Assembly (NCBI GenBank): GCA_963713975.1
Contig: OY970218.1
Location: 3,104,001-3,168,000, forward strand
DNA from: an uncultured Chloroflexia bacterium
GTDB taxonomy: Bacteria > Chloroflexota > Limnocylindria > Limnocylindrales > CSP1-4
Length of the DNA stretch: 64,000 nucleotides
Direction: 5' to 3'
The translations under genes were made by a program, and so were the position numbers. Shown piece by piece: positions 1 to 9,237 of the stretch (position 1 is the first letter of the stretch; each line of letters opens with the position of its first letter). Under the pieces are notes generated by a model that was given only the letters and a program-made list of their open reading frames with translations, was not told the DNA's origin and ran no database searches.

Positions 1-456
1 CGTTCGCGGCTCGGGTCCCTCGACGACGCCGCGATGGAGGCGGCGACGAGGTCCGTGATGGGCCGGCTCAACCCCCGCTTCCAGAACTTCAAGACCGCCG
101 TGAAGTCGCTCTCAGGTGGCCAACGCCAGTCGATCGCGATCGCACGCGCGGTCCACTTCAACGCGAAGATCCTGATCATGGACGAGCCCACCGCGGCGCT
201 CGGCCCGGCAGAGACCGCGCAGGTTCGCGACCTCGTGATGCAGCTGAAGGCCGAGGGCATCGGCATCTTCCTCATCAGCCACGACATCCACGATGTGTAC
301 GACCTGTCGGACCGCATCAGCGTGATGCTGCAGGGCCGCCTCGTGGGGACCGTGGACAAGAACGCCGTGACCAAGGACGACGTCCTCGGGATGATCATCA
401 TGGGCAAGACGCCGGGAGAGGTCACGGAAGCCGACGTCACTGGCGTGATCCACTGA
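1..456 (+). CDS. Sugar ABC transporter ATP-binding protein (5'-truncated by window edge)
   Basis: LSGGQRQ signature, [11 protein letters not shown] Walker B, ISH H-loop; frame open from base 1; next to xylose genes. Confidence 0.9.
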   Translation, partial: RSRLGSLDDAAMEAATRSVMGRLNPRFQNFKTAVKSLSGGQRQSIAIARAVHFNAKILIMDEPTAALGPAETAQVRDLVMQLKAEGIGIFLISHDIHDVYDLSDRISVMLQGRLVGTVDKNAVTKDDVLGMIIMGKTPGEVTEADVTGVIH

Positions 457-479
457 CGGTCAGGAGCGGGCCACCCGGG

Positions 480-1973
480 TCAGAGCCGGTGGAGCGACGG
501 GGCAAGGGCCGGGTACAGCTCCCGGTACCGTGCATGCGCCTCCGCGTAGCCGGGCACGTCCGGTCCCGGTTCGGCCACGGGTGTCGCCCGGACCAGGGCC
601 TCGGCAGCCGCCTGCACGGACGGGTACCAGCTGGCCCCCACGCTGGCCAGCACGGCCGCCCCGTAGGCGGCGCCCTCGGTCGTGCTCACCGTGGCGATCT
701 CCGCGTAGAGGACATCCGCCAGGATCTGCCGCCACAGCGGGCTGGCCGTCCCGCCTCCTGACGCCCGGATCTGGTCGGGCGCCGGCATGCCCGCGGCGAC
801 CATCAGGTCGAGACCATCGCGCAGTCCGAAGGCCACGCCCTCCAGGACGGCCCGGGTCAGGTGCCGCCGATCGTGCGCCAGCGTCAGCCCGACGAAGGCT
901 CCACGGGCCTGCGGGTCGGGGTACGGGCAGCGCTCGCCGGACAGGTAGGGCAGGAACAGGACGCCGTCGCTCCCCGCAGGCACCTCCCCTGCCGCGGCCG
1001 CGAGGTCGCCGAACGGCTCGCCCGGTGCCACCGTGTCCCGGAACCAGCGCAGGCTGCCGGCCGCGGAGAGCATCACGGACATCAGGTGCCAGCGATCGGG
1101 CACCGCGTGACAGAAGGCGTGGACCAGCCCCGCCGGCTCGTACAGCGGGGCATCGGTCGTCGCGAACACGACCCCCGACGTGCCCAGCGAGAGCGCCATC
1201 CGCCCCGGCACCACGGCCCCGACGCCGACCGCGTTCGCGGCCTGGTCACCACCCCCCGCCACGATGGGCGTGCCCTCGCGCAGCCCGGTCTCGGCGGCGG
1301 CCCTGGCGGTGATGACACCCGTCACCTGCGGGCCCTCGAAGGTTGGCGGGAGCCACGCTCGCGGAATCTCCAGGGCCTGCAGCATGACGTCCGACCAGTC
1401 GCGCGCCGCCAGGTCGAACAGCAGCGTGCCGGCTCCGTCGGCCTTGTCCAGGGCGTGCTCGCCGGTCAGCTTCAGACGGACGTAGTCCTTGGGAAGCAGG
1501 ACATGCGCCACCCGCGACCAGGCTTCGGGCTCGTGGTCGCGGACCCAGACCAGCTTGGGCGCTGTGAACCCGGTCAGGGCGTCGTTGCCCGTGATCTCGA
1601 TGAGCCGCCGCGGGCCGACCGCCTGGCGGATGAGGTCGCACTCCGGCCCGGTCCGCTGGTCGTTCCAGAGGATGGCCGGGCGGACGACCCGATCCGCCGC
1701 ATCCAGCAGCACGAGGCCGTGCATCTGGCCCGTGAGGCCGACCGCCGCGACGGCTCCCGGATCCGTCCCGGTCGCGCCAAGGACCTCGCGGATCGCCGCC
1801 GAGGCGCCGGTCCACCAGGACTCGGGGTCCTGCTCGCTCCAGAGCGGGTGCGGCTGCTCGAATGGGTACTCGCGGGACGCGATGCCCAGGATCGATCCCT
1901 GGTCGTCCGCGAGGACCGCCTTGGTCGCCGTCGTGGAGACATCGATCCCGAGGACGGCCCCCCGCCCCGCCAT
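480..1973 (-). CDS. xylB: Xylulokinase (FGGY family)
   Basis: LGIDVSTTATK, GQMHG, ILWNDQR, GGGDQ, LPYLSGER motifs; TGATG-coupled to xylA. Confidence 0.95.
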   Translation of the reverse strand: MAGRGAVLGIDVSTTATKAVLADDQGSILGIASREYPFEQPHPLWSEQDPESWWTGASAAIREVLGATGTDPGAVAAVGLTGQMHGLVLLDAADRVVRPAILWNDQRTGPECDLIRQAVGPRRLIEITGNDALTGFTAPKLVWVRDHEPEAWSRVAHVLLPKDYVRLKLTGEHALDKADGAGTLLFDLAARDWSDVMLQALEIPRAWLPPTFEGPQVTGVITARAAAETGLREGTPIVAGGGDQAANAVGVGAVVPGRMALSLGTSGVVFATTDAPLYEPAGLVHAFCHAVPDRWHLMSVMLSAAGSLRWFRDTVAPGEPFGDLAAAAGEVPAGSDGVLFLPYLSGERCPYPDPQARGAFVGLTLAHDRRHLTRAVLEGVAFGLRDGLDLMVAAGMPAPDQIRASGGGTASPLWRQILADVLYAEIATVSTTEGAAYGAAVLASVGASWYPSVQAAAEALVRATPVAEPGPDVPGYAEAHARYRELYPALAPSLHRL

Positions 1974-3307
1974 CAGCCGACTCGCCAGACGTGCCGGTTG
2001 ACCACGTTCTCGTACAGCTCCTGGTGGCCGGAGACAGGCGCCGGGTCGATCTCGCCGGCGGCCACGCGTGCCTCGAGATCCGCGAGGCTCAGCTCGCCCG
2101 ACATGATCCCCCTGCCCAGCTCGCCCGACCAGCCCGCATAGCGCTGCTCGACCATGGCCGCAAGCCCGCCATCCTCGATCATCGCCGCGGCGATCAGGAG
2201 CGCCTTTGCGAGCGTGTCGATCCCGCCGATGTGGGCGTGGAACAGGTCGGTCCGGTCGGTGGACTGCCGGCGCAGCTTCGCGTCGAAGTTGAAGCCGCCG
2301 GTGGTGAACCCGCCACCCTTGAGGATCTCGTACAGGGGCATCACCAGGTCATCGACGGAGTTCGGGAACTGGTCCGTGTCCCAGCCGTTCTGGGGATCGC
2401 CCCGGTTAGCGTCGATGGAGCCGAACATCCCGCTGGCCATCGCGTAAGCCACCTCGTGGTGGAAGCTGTGGCCGGCCAGCGTCGCGTGATTGGCCTCGAT
2501 GTTGGCCTTGAACTCGCCCTCGAGGCCGTGGCGGACGAGGAAGCCGTGCACGGTCGCAGTGTCGTAGTCGTACTGGTGCTTGGTGGGCTCCTGCGGCTTG
2601 GGCTCGATGAGCAGCGTGCCCTCGAAGCCGATCTTCGCCTTGTGCTCCGCAACCAGGTGGAGGAAGCGTGCCAGCTGGTCGCCCTCGCGCCGGAGGTCGG
2701 TGTTGAGCAGCGTGTCGTAGCCCTCGCGCCCGCCCCACAGCACGTAGTTGGTGCCGCCCAGGCGCTGCGTGACCTCGAGCATGTGCTTGACCTGCGCCGC
2801 GGCGTAGGCGAACACCTCGGGGTCAGGGTTGGTGCTGGCGCCGGCCTGGTAGCGCGGGTGGGTGAACAGGTTCGCCGTTCCCCACAGGAGCTGGACGCCC
2901 GTCCGCTCCTGGTAGCCCGCGGCGTCGTCGGCGAGGGCGTCGAGGTTCGTGCTGAACTCCGCAAACGACGCGCCCTCGGGCGCCACGTCCTTGTCGTGGA
3001 AGCAGTAGTACGGCGTCCCGATCTTGGCCAGGAACTCGAATGCGGCGGCCATCTTCAGGCGGGCCGCGTCCATTGGGTCCATCGAGGCATCCAGCCACGG
3101 ACGGTCCATCGTCCCGGCACCGAACATGTCGGTCCCGGGCCAGGCGAACGAATGCCACAGGCAGACGCCGATCCGAAGGTGCTCCTCCATCCGCCTGCCG
3201 AGGACCAGACGATCAGGCTGGTACACCCTGAAGGCCAGCGGATCGCTGGAGTCCGCGCCGCCGAACGGCACCCTGCCGGGCACCTCAGAGAAGAAGTCCT
3301 CGCCCAC
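1973..3307 (-). CDS. xylA: Xylose isomerase (class II)
   Basis: [38 protein letters not shown] motifs; GTG at 3307 preceded by AGGAGG. Confidence 0.96.
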   Translation of the reverse strand: MGEDFFSEVPGRVPFGGADSSDPLAFRVYQPDRLVLGRRMEEHLRIGVCLWHSFAWPGTDMFGAGTMDRPWLDASMDPMDAARLKMAAAFEFLAKIGTPYYCFHDKDVAPEGASFAEFSTNLDALADDAAGYQERTGVQLLWGTANLFTHPRYQAGASTNPDPEVFAYAAAQVKHMLEVTQRLGGTNYVLWGGREGYDTLLNTDLRREGDQLARFLHLVAEHKAKIGFEGTLLIEPKPQEPTKHQYDYDTATVHGFLVRHGLEGEFKANIEANHATLAGHSFHHEVAYAMASGMFGSIDANRGDPQNGWDTDQFPNSVDDLVMPLYEILKGGGFTTGGFNFDAKLRRQSTDRTDLFHAHIGGIDTLAKALLIAAAMIEDGGLAAMVEQRYAGWSGELGRGIMSGELSLADLEARVAAGEIDPAPVSGHQELYENVVNRHVWRVG

Positions 3308-3340
3308 GCCGCGTCCTCCTCGCATCTGGCCCTCTGAAGG

Positions 3341-3361
3341 GTTTGTCAGACCATAACACAT
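3341..3361 (-). promoter_or_regulatory. xylA promoter (extended -10 TGtTATGGT, 3350-3358) overlapped by an imperfect TTTGT-N9-ACACA palindrome, candidate ROK/XylR operator
   Basis: AT-rich patch in GC-rich DNA just upstream of the xylA SD; palindrome spacing resembles ROK operators (inference). Confidence 0.45.
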
Positions 3362-3362
3362 A

Positions 3363-3391
3363 CCCCATCGGACGCCATCGCCTCGATGGGG
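3363..3391 (-). terminator. Hairpin CCCCATCG-N13-CGATGGGG after the ribF-like gene; probable terminator of the nusA-infB operon
   Basis: 8-bp perfect inverted repeat followed on the minus strand by TATGTGTT. Confidence 0.45.
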
Positions 3392-3422
3392 CGGACGGGA
3401 GCGGTGCCGTGCGTGTCCCGGG

Positions 3423-4199
3423 TCAGGTCCTGCCGGGAAAGGCCACCCTGACCCATGGCGCTGCCGGTGTCGCGGCCAGCCGCACGGAGCCGCCTTCGAT
3501 GACCGCCTCGTCGGGCGAGCCGGCGTGCACTGGGCCCACCTCTATCGCGTAGGTGCCATCCGGGGGCAGCGCGACGGGCAGTGGGAACCGCAGCAGGGTG
3601 CCTGGACCCGCAGCGGGGTTGACCGCCTGTCCCACCACACAGTGAGCGCGGCCCAGGAGATGCGCCGCGAGCCCCAGGTCCCCGGCGGCGATCGCCGCGC
3701 GAACCTCGGTACTGCGGACGGCTCGCCCGTCGAGCTCGTACGGTGGCATGACGACCACGTCGAACCCCACCTCCGCGCCAAGCGCGGCAAGCGCCTCCGG
3801 CGTGCCGGCCCGACGGTAGCCGAATGCCGCATCCGGAGTCATGAGGAACCCGGCCAGGGGCGCCCGGTCGGCGATCATCGCCACGAATGCGTCGTAGGTG
3901 GTCTCGCGCAGGTGCTGGTCGAAGTGGACGACGACGGTGGAGTCCACGCCGGCGCCGGCGAGTCGCTCCAGGCGCTCATCCGGGTCACACAGGAGCGGCG
4001 GCGCGGAACCCGTGATGATCTCGTCGGGATGGTGGTCGAACGTGATCACGACCGGGCGCGCGGCGCGGCGCCGCGCCTCCACCACGAGGTGCTCGAGCAG
4101 ATAGGCGTGCCCCAGGTGGAGCCCGTCGAACACCCCGACCACGACGAACACGGGTTCCGTGGAGCGCGGCAGATGATCGAGGCCCCGCGCGACATGCAT
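3423..4199 (-). CDS. ribF: RibF-like FMN adenylyltransferase (FAD synthase) with degenerate, truncated riboflavin-kinase domain
   Basis: [26 protein letters not shown] motifs; usual position after truB; only 258 aa. Confidence 0.85.
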   Translation of the reverse strand: MHVARGLDHLPRSTEPVFVVVGVFDGLHLGHAYLLEHLVVEARRRAARPVVITFDHHPDEIITGSAPPLLCDPDERLERLAGAGVDSTVVVHFDQHLRETTYDAFVAMIADRAPLAGFLMTPDAAFGYRRAGTPEALAALGAEVGFDVVVMPPYELDGRAVRSTEVRAAIAAGDLGLAAHLLGRAHCVVGQAVNPAAGPGTLLRFPLPVALPPDGTYAIEVGPVHAGSPDEAVIEGGSVRLAATPAAPWVRVAFPGRT

Positions 4200-4200
4200 G

Positions 4201-5247
4201 TCAGGCCAGCTCGGCCGCCGGGTCGTCGTCCCCGTTCACGGGCTCGGGCGCCGGCGCGGGCTCGGGCGCCGGCGCGGGCACGGGATCACGCCGGCTCGGA
4301 CGACCTCCATCCGCCGGCCGCTCGGCGAGCACCTTGTGGGGATGCAGCGCACCAGTCACGGCCCGGCACACGGCCGCGATCCCGCCGTCCGGACCGACGG
4401 CCAGCACCAGTGGCGCGTCGCGGACCTCGAGCGGTCGCTTCGGGGCCGTGATCAGCCCCTCGCCCAGGCGTCGGACCTCGTCCGCGGTGACGGGAGCGTG
4501 TGGGAGAGCCTCCAGGCCCGCGTCCACTGGTCGCAGCACGCGCTGGATCCCGGCGGGCCCGTCCGCTGCGTGCTCCCGCAGCTCCTCGAACGAGATCGAG
4601 TCCTCGAGACGGAAGCTGCCGGATGCGGTGCGCACCAGGGCGCCGAGGTAGGCACCGCTCTCGAGCCGGGCACCGAGGTCCCGTGCCAGCGCGCGGATGT
4701 ACGTTCCAGCCGAGCACTCGACGTCGACCACGGCCATCGGACGGGCCGGATCGGCATCGTCCCACTCGAGCATCGTCGCCTCGTGGATGACCACGTCCCG
4801 CGGCGCCAGCTCGACGGGCTCGCCACGGCGGGCCATCTGGTAGGCGCGGCGACCCTCCACCTGCACGGCGCTGTAGACGGGGGGAACCTGGCGCAGGGGC
4901 CCCGTGAACGCCGTGAGCCCGGACTCAACCTGCTCGCGCTTCAGCGCGGGACCGGCGATCGGTGTTCGCTCGCCATCGATGTCGTCCGTCGTGGACGACG
5001 CGCCAAAGCAGATCGTCGCCCGGTATCGCTTGCGGCCGCTGAGGTGGTACTCGACCAGGCGCGTTGCACGACCCAGGAACACGGGCAGCACACCCGCCGC
5101 GAACGGGTCCAGCGTCCCGCCGTGACCCACGCGTCTCGTGGACGACAGCCGGCGCACCAGCCCCACCACGTCGTGCGAGGTGGGCCCCGACGGCTTGGCC
5201 ACGACCAGGACGCCGTCAAGCCCGCCGCGACGGTCGCGCGGGCTCAT
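4201..5247 (-). CDS. truB: tRNA pseudouridine(55) synthase
   Basis: KPSGPTSHD, VGHGGTLDPFAAGVL, CSAGTYIRALARD. Confidence 0.96.
   Translation of the reverse strand: MSPRDRRGGLDGVLVVAKPSGPTSHDVVGLVRRLSSTRRVGHGGTLDPFAAGVLPVFLGRATRLVEYHLSGRKRYRATICFGASSTTDDIDGERTPIAGPALKREQVESGLTAFTGPLRQVPPVYSAVQVEGRRAYQMARRGEPVELAPRDVVIHEATMLEWDDADPARPMAVVDVECSAGTYIRALARDLGARLESGAYLGALVRTASGSFRLEDSISFEELREHAADGPAGIQRVLRPVDAGLEALPHAPVTADEVRRLGEGLITAPKRPLEVRDAPLVLAVGPDGGIAAVCRAVTGALHPHKVLAERPADGGRPSRRDPVPAPAPEPAPAPEPVNGDDDPAAELA
4240..4275. repeat. 2 x 18-bp tandem repeat encoding the Pro/Ala/Glu tail of TruB
   Basis: gggctcgggcgccggcgc repeated twice. Confidence 0.8.
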
Positions 5248-6275
5248 CGTCGGACCTCGGCCGCCAGGCGCTCTGCGACCTCGCGCACCGCGACCACGGC
5301 ATCGGCCAGCGGCAGTGGCACGGAGGCACCGGCGGCACGTGCGTGCCCTCCCCCACCGAACGCGCCCGTGAGCACGGTCGCGTCCACGCCGCCCGGCTTC
5401 GTCCGCACGGACAGGCGCGTGCTGCCGTCATCCTGCTCCTTGAGCAGCATGGAGACCTCCGCATCCTCGGACTGCGCGAGGAGGTCGATGATCCCTTCCG
5501 AGTGGGCGGGGATGGCACCGGTCTCGCCGAGATCGGCAGGAAGGAGCGTGGACCAGATCACCAGGTGGTCGGGCGATGTCCCGAGGCGGTCCAGCACCCG
5601 CCCGAACAGGCGGAGCTGCGCGTCCGGCTTCGTGCGGTAGAGCCGCCGGGAGATGTCCGACAGGGGCGCACCCTCCGCAACCAGGGCCGCCGAGACGGCG
5701 AGCGTCCGCGGCGTGGCGTTGGGGTGCGCGAAGGTCGCGGTGTCCATGACGATGCCCGCCATCAGCACATCCGCGAGCGCCCGGTCCGCGAGGCCGAGCG
5801 GCAGTCCGAGTCGCACCGCCAGCAGGGCGACCATCTCGCACGTCGCGGCCGCGTCGGGATCGATCCAGTCCGCGTCGCCGCTCCCCCCGTTCGACGCGTG
5901 GTGGTCGACGATCACGCGCGGGAGGGCGTCGAACAGGCCGGCGTTCCGGGTTGCCACGGCACCGACCCGCTCCGCGCTGGCGCAATCGGCCAGGACCAGC
6001 AGGTCGTACGCCTCGGCCGGGTCGGGGTCGGTGCGGAACCGCTCCAGGCCCGGCAGGAAGCCGTACAGGGGCGGGATGGGATCGGTGCACACGGCGGTCG
6101 CGCGACCGCCGAGCGCCTCCACCAGCAGGCAGATCCCCATCACGGCCCCGACGGTATCGGCATCAGGGTGCTCGTGGCTCACCGCCAGGACATGGCGGGC
6201 AGAGCGCAGTCGGGCAAGCACCGGCTCGGGCACGGCCTCAAGGGCGAGGGCAGACAGGTCCACCGGGCCGGTCAT
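5244..6275 (-). CDS. nrnA: DHH/DHHA1 family oligoribonuclease / pAp phosphatase
   Basis: SHEHPDAD, VDHH, DTATF, GGGGHARAAG; lies between rbfA and truB. Confidence 0.9.
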   Translation of the reverse strand: MTGPVDLSALALEAVPEPVLARLRSARHVLAVSHEHPDADTVGAVMGICLLVEALGGRATAVCTDPIPPLYGFLPGLERFRTDPDPAEAYDLLVLADCASAERVGAVATRNAGLFDALPRVIVDHHASNGGSGDADWIDPDAAATCEMVALLAVRLGLPLGLADRALADVLMAGIVMDTATFAHPNATPRTLAVSAALVAEGAPLSDISRRLYRTKPDAQLRLFGRVLDRLGTSPDHLVIWSTLLPADLGETGAIPAHSEGIIDLLAQSEDAEVSMLLKEQDDGSTRLSVRTKPGGVDATVLTGAFGGGGHARAAGASVPLPLADAVVAVREVAERLAAEVRR

Positions 6276-6904
6276 CCCTTGCCCGTCCCCTTGTTCGAGC
6301 CCTTGTTCGAGCCCTTGCTCGTCCCCTTGTGCGTCCCCCGCCCCCGGTCGGGCGGTCGCGAGGTGCCGCCACGGCCGGATCGCGGTCCGCCGGTGCCGCG
6401 CCGGGTCGAAGGACGATGAGCCACTGGCGCGGGCGGGATCGCGATCGCCTCGATGCCCTCCCCTGCCCCGGCATCAGACGGAGGCTCGGCGTCCCCCTCG
6501 TGAGGGAGGCGCCTGACCGGCGTCGGCAGGGACTCGTTGAAGGGGGTGACCTCCTGCGGATCCACGCCTGATTCCAGCTCCGTGAGCAGGTGGAGGACGC
6601 GGGTGCCCCGCTCGGCGGAGTCGTCGAGGTGGATGTGGAGCGCCGGGATGCGCTTGATCCGAAGGCGCTTGCCCAGCTCGTGGCGCACGTAGCCCATCGA
6701 TGCCTGGAGGGCACGCACCGTCTCCACCCGATCGCTCTTGCCGCCGATCACGCTGACCCAGACCTTCGCGTGGCGAAGATCGGGCGACGTCTCCACGTCG
6801 GTGATCGTCGCGAACCCGATCCGGGGGTCGGCGAGGTCCTTGGCAAGGAGCGCCCCGATCTCCTGGCGCAGGAGCTCGTCGACGCGATCTGTTCGCTGGC
6901 TCAT
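6272..6904 (-). CDS. rbfA: 30S ribosome-binding factor A with long low-complexity C-terminal tail
   Basis: MSQRTDRVDELLRQEI...DPRIGFATITDVETSPDLRHAKV...IPALHIHLDDS; ATG at 6904. Confidence 0.93.
   Translation of the reverse strand: MSQRTDRVDELLRQEIGALLAKDLADPRIGFATITDVETSPDLRHAKVWVSVIGGKSDRVETVRALQASMGYVRHELGKRLRIKRIPALHIHLDDSAERGTRVLHLLTELESGVDPQEVTPFNESLPTPVRRLPHEGDAEPPSDAGAGEGIEAIAIPPAPVAHRPSTRRGTGGPRSGRGGTSRPPDRGRGTHKGTSKGSNKGSNKGTGKG
6276..6335. repeat. 5 x 12-bp imperfect tandem repeat (cccttgNNcgNN) encoding xxKG units at the RbfA C-terminus
   Basis: cccttgcccgtc cccttgttcgag cccttgttcgag cccttgctcgtc cccttgtgcgtc. Confidence 0.85.
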
Positions 6905-6989
6905 CGAAGTGTCCGCAACCTCAGCGTCGCTCGCCGGCGCACCCCGGGGCATCCGGGGCAGCCGGCGTCGTCGCCATTGGCCACGGGCC

Positions 6990-8900
6990 TCAGCCGGTGA
7001 CCCGGCTGCGGGTCTGGTTGGTGAAGCACTCGAGGATGTCGCCCTCGGCCAGGTCGTTGTACCCGGACAGGCCGATGCCGCACTCGAAGTTGGCCGCGAC
7101 CTCCCGGACGTCGTCCCGGAAGCGACGGAGCGAGTCCATCTTGTCCGTGGCGACGATCTTCCCGCCACGCCAGACGCGCACCCCACCGGAGCGCACGATG
7201 CGCCCGTCCGTGACGTAGCACCCGGCGATGACCGTGCTCTTGCCCACCTTGAAGATCTGGCGGACCTCCGCGCGGCCCTCGATGACCTCCACGATCTCCG
7301 GCTCGAGCATGCCCTTGAGGGCCGCATCGATGTCGTCCGTGAGCTTGTAGATGATGTCGTAGCGCCGGACGTCGACGCCCTCGGCCTCGGCGGCCCGGCG
7401 GGCGGTGTCCGTGATCCCGGTCGAGAAGCCGACGACGATCGCATTCGACGCCGTCGCGAGCATGATGTCGTTGTCGGTGATGTCGCCCGCGGCCTCGAGC
7501 AGGACGTTGATCTTGACCTCGTCCGAGTTGAGCTGCTCCAGCGCCTGGGTGATCGCGCCGAGCGAGCCCGAGACATCGGTCTTGAGGATGATCCGCAGCT
7601 CCTTGGCCTGGCCGGCCTGGATCTGCTTGTAGAGGTCCTCGAGGGTTGCGCGGCCCGAGCCTGCGCCGGCCTGGGCGGCAGCCGCGTTCTTGCGGGCCTC
7701 GACCTGATTGCGGGCGATCATGACGTCCGGCACGACGCGCAGGACGTCGCCGGCCTCGGGGACCTCGGACAGGCCGAGGATGACGGCCGCCGTGGCCGGA
7801 CCGGCCTTCGTGATCCGCTTGCCCAACGAGTTCTCGAGGGCCTTGATCTTGCCGAAGGTGTTGCCGGCGACGACGACGTTGCCGACCCGGAGCGTGCCGG
7901 TCTGGACGATGATGGTCGCGACGGCGCCGCGGCCCTTGTCGAGGCGGGCCTCGATGACCGTCCCGATGGCGTCGCGCTTGGGGTTCGCCTTGAGCTCCTG
8001 GAGGTCCGCCACCAGCAGGATGATCTCAAGCAGCTCCTCGATGCCGACGCGGGTCTTGGCCGACACGGGCACGAGGGGCGTGTCGCCGCCGTAGTCCTCG
8101 ACCACGACGCCGGCCTCGGCGAGCTCGGTCTTGACCCGGTCCGTGTTGGCGTCGGGCTTGTCGATCTTGTTCATCGCGATGACGAGCGGCACCTTCGCCG
8201 CCTTCGCGTGGCTGATGGCCTCCAGCGTCTGGGGCATCACGCCGTCGTCCGCCGCGACGACGATCACCGCGATGTCGGTGACCTTCGCCCCGCGGGCGCG
8301 CATCGAGGTGAACGCCTCGTGGCCCGGGGTGTCCAGGAAGACGAGCCGCTTGCCGTCCTTCGTGGTGACCTCGGAGGCGCCGATGTGCTGGGTGATGCCG
8401 CCGCGCTCCCCGGCCGCGACCGTGGTGGAGCGGATGGCGTCCAGCAGGCTCGTCTTGCCGTGGTCGACGTGGCCCATCACCGTGACGATCGGGGCACGCG
8501 GGACGAGGTCCGCCTCGTCCTCCGTCGCGTCGTCCCAGAGCTGCTCCTTGGCGGCCTCGGCGGGCACCCCGGCGCCCTCGGCCTCCTCGTCGTCGGTGAC
8601 AGCGGTGGCCTCCGCCACCTCGTAGCCGAGCTCCTCGGCCACCAGCGAGGCCGTATCGCGGTCGATCAGCTGGTTGATGGTCGCGAAGATGCCGCTCTTG
8701 ATGAGCTCGCGGATGATGTCCGCGGGGCTCACGGTCAGCAGCTCCGCGAGGTCCTTGACGGTGATCGTGGACGGCAGCTCGATCGGGCCACGCTCACTCG
8801 GGTCCACGACCGCAACGCTGCCCGGCGTGAACGCTCCGGTACGACGCGGGGGCTTGCGAGGGCCGCGACGGCCGCGCGTGCCGCTCCTACTCCTGGCCAT
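6990..8900 (-). CDS. infB: Translation initiation factor IF-2
   Basis: [38 protein letters not shown]. Confidence 0.98.
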   Translation of the reverse strand: MARSRSGTRGRRGPRKPPRRTGAFTPGSVAVVDPSERGPIELPSTITVKDLAELLTVSPADIIRELIKSGIFATINQLIDRDTASLVAEELGYEVAEATAVTDDEEAEGAGVPAEAAKEQLWDDATEDEADLVPRAPIVTVMGHVDHGKTSLLDAIRSTTVAAGERGGITQHIGASEVTTKDGKRLVFLDTPGHEAFTSMRARGAKVTDIAVIVVAADDGVMPQTLEAISHAKAAKVPLVIAMNKIDKPDANTDRVKTELAEAGVVVEDYGGDTPLVPVSAKTRVGIEELLEIILLVADLQELKANPKRDAIGTVIEARLDKGRGAVATIIVQTGTLRVGNVVVAGNTFGKIKALENSLGKRITKAGPATAAVILGLSEVPEAGDVLRVVPDVMIARNQVEARKNAAAAQAGAGSGRATLEDLYKQIQAGQAKELRIILKTDVSGSLGAITQALEQLNSDEVKINVLLEAAGDITDNDIMLATASNAIVVGFSTGITDTARRAAEAEGVDVRRYDIIYKLTDDIDAALKGMLEPEIVEVIEGRAEVRQIFKVGKSTVIAGCYVTDGRIVRSGGVRVWRGGKIVATDKMDSLRRFRDDVREVAANFECGIGLSGYNDLAEGDILECFTNQTRSRVTG

Positions 8901-9237
8901 GGGCTCCTCCTTCGGTGGTGTCGGTGTCAGGGTCGGGGTTTGATGTCGTTGGGCCGGCGGCGAGCGCGGTGACGAGGTCGTCGGGGAGCGCGACCTTCAG
9001 GGCGTGCTCGATGGCGCGCTTCCGGCGCGCGGTGTCCCAGCACGCCTCGGATCGGCAGAGGTAGGCGCCGCGGCCGGACATGCGCCCGGTCGGGTCGATG
9101 GTGACGGCCCCTTCGGGCGTGCGCACGACACGCACGAGGTCTCGCTTCGGCCGTGGCGTGCGGCAGGCAACACAGCTCCGCTCCGGGAGCCGTCGCGGCG
9201 GGGTGGTCCGGGCTCGCCCGGCGGATGCCGCGCCTAC
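8887..9237 (-). CDS. ylxR: YlxR/RnpM (DUF448) RNA-binding protein; start probably non-canonical (GTA at 9237)
   Basis: In-frame upstream extension gives PERSCVACR...KRDLVRVVRTPEG...GRGAYLC; lies between nusA and infB; start codon uncertain. Confidence 0.85.
   Translation of the reverse strand, partial: VGAASAGRARTTPPRRLPERSCVACRTPRPKRDLVRVVRTPEGAVTIDPTGRMSGRGAYLCRSEACWDTARRKRAIEHALKVALPDDLVTALAAGPTTSNPDPDTDTTEGGAHGQE

Noticed and set aside
6905-7576. Extended N-termini in the ORF track for rbfA (similarly nusA, plsX, pyrH, ilvE, LCP, def)
   Set aside because: Artefacts of first-start calling; homology and SD or overlap signals indicate downstream starts
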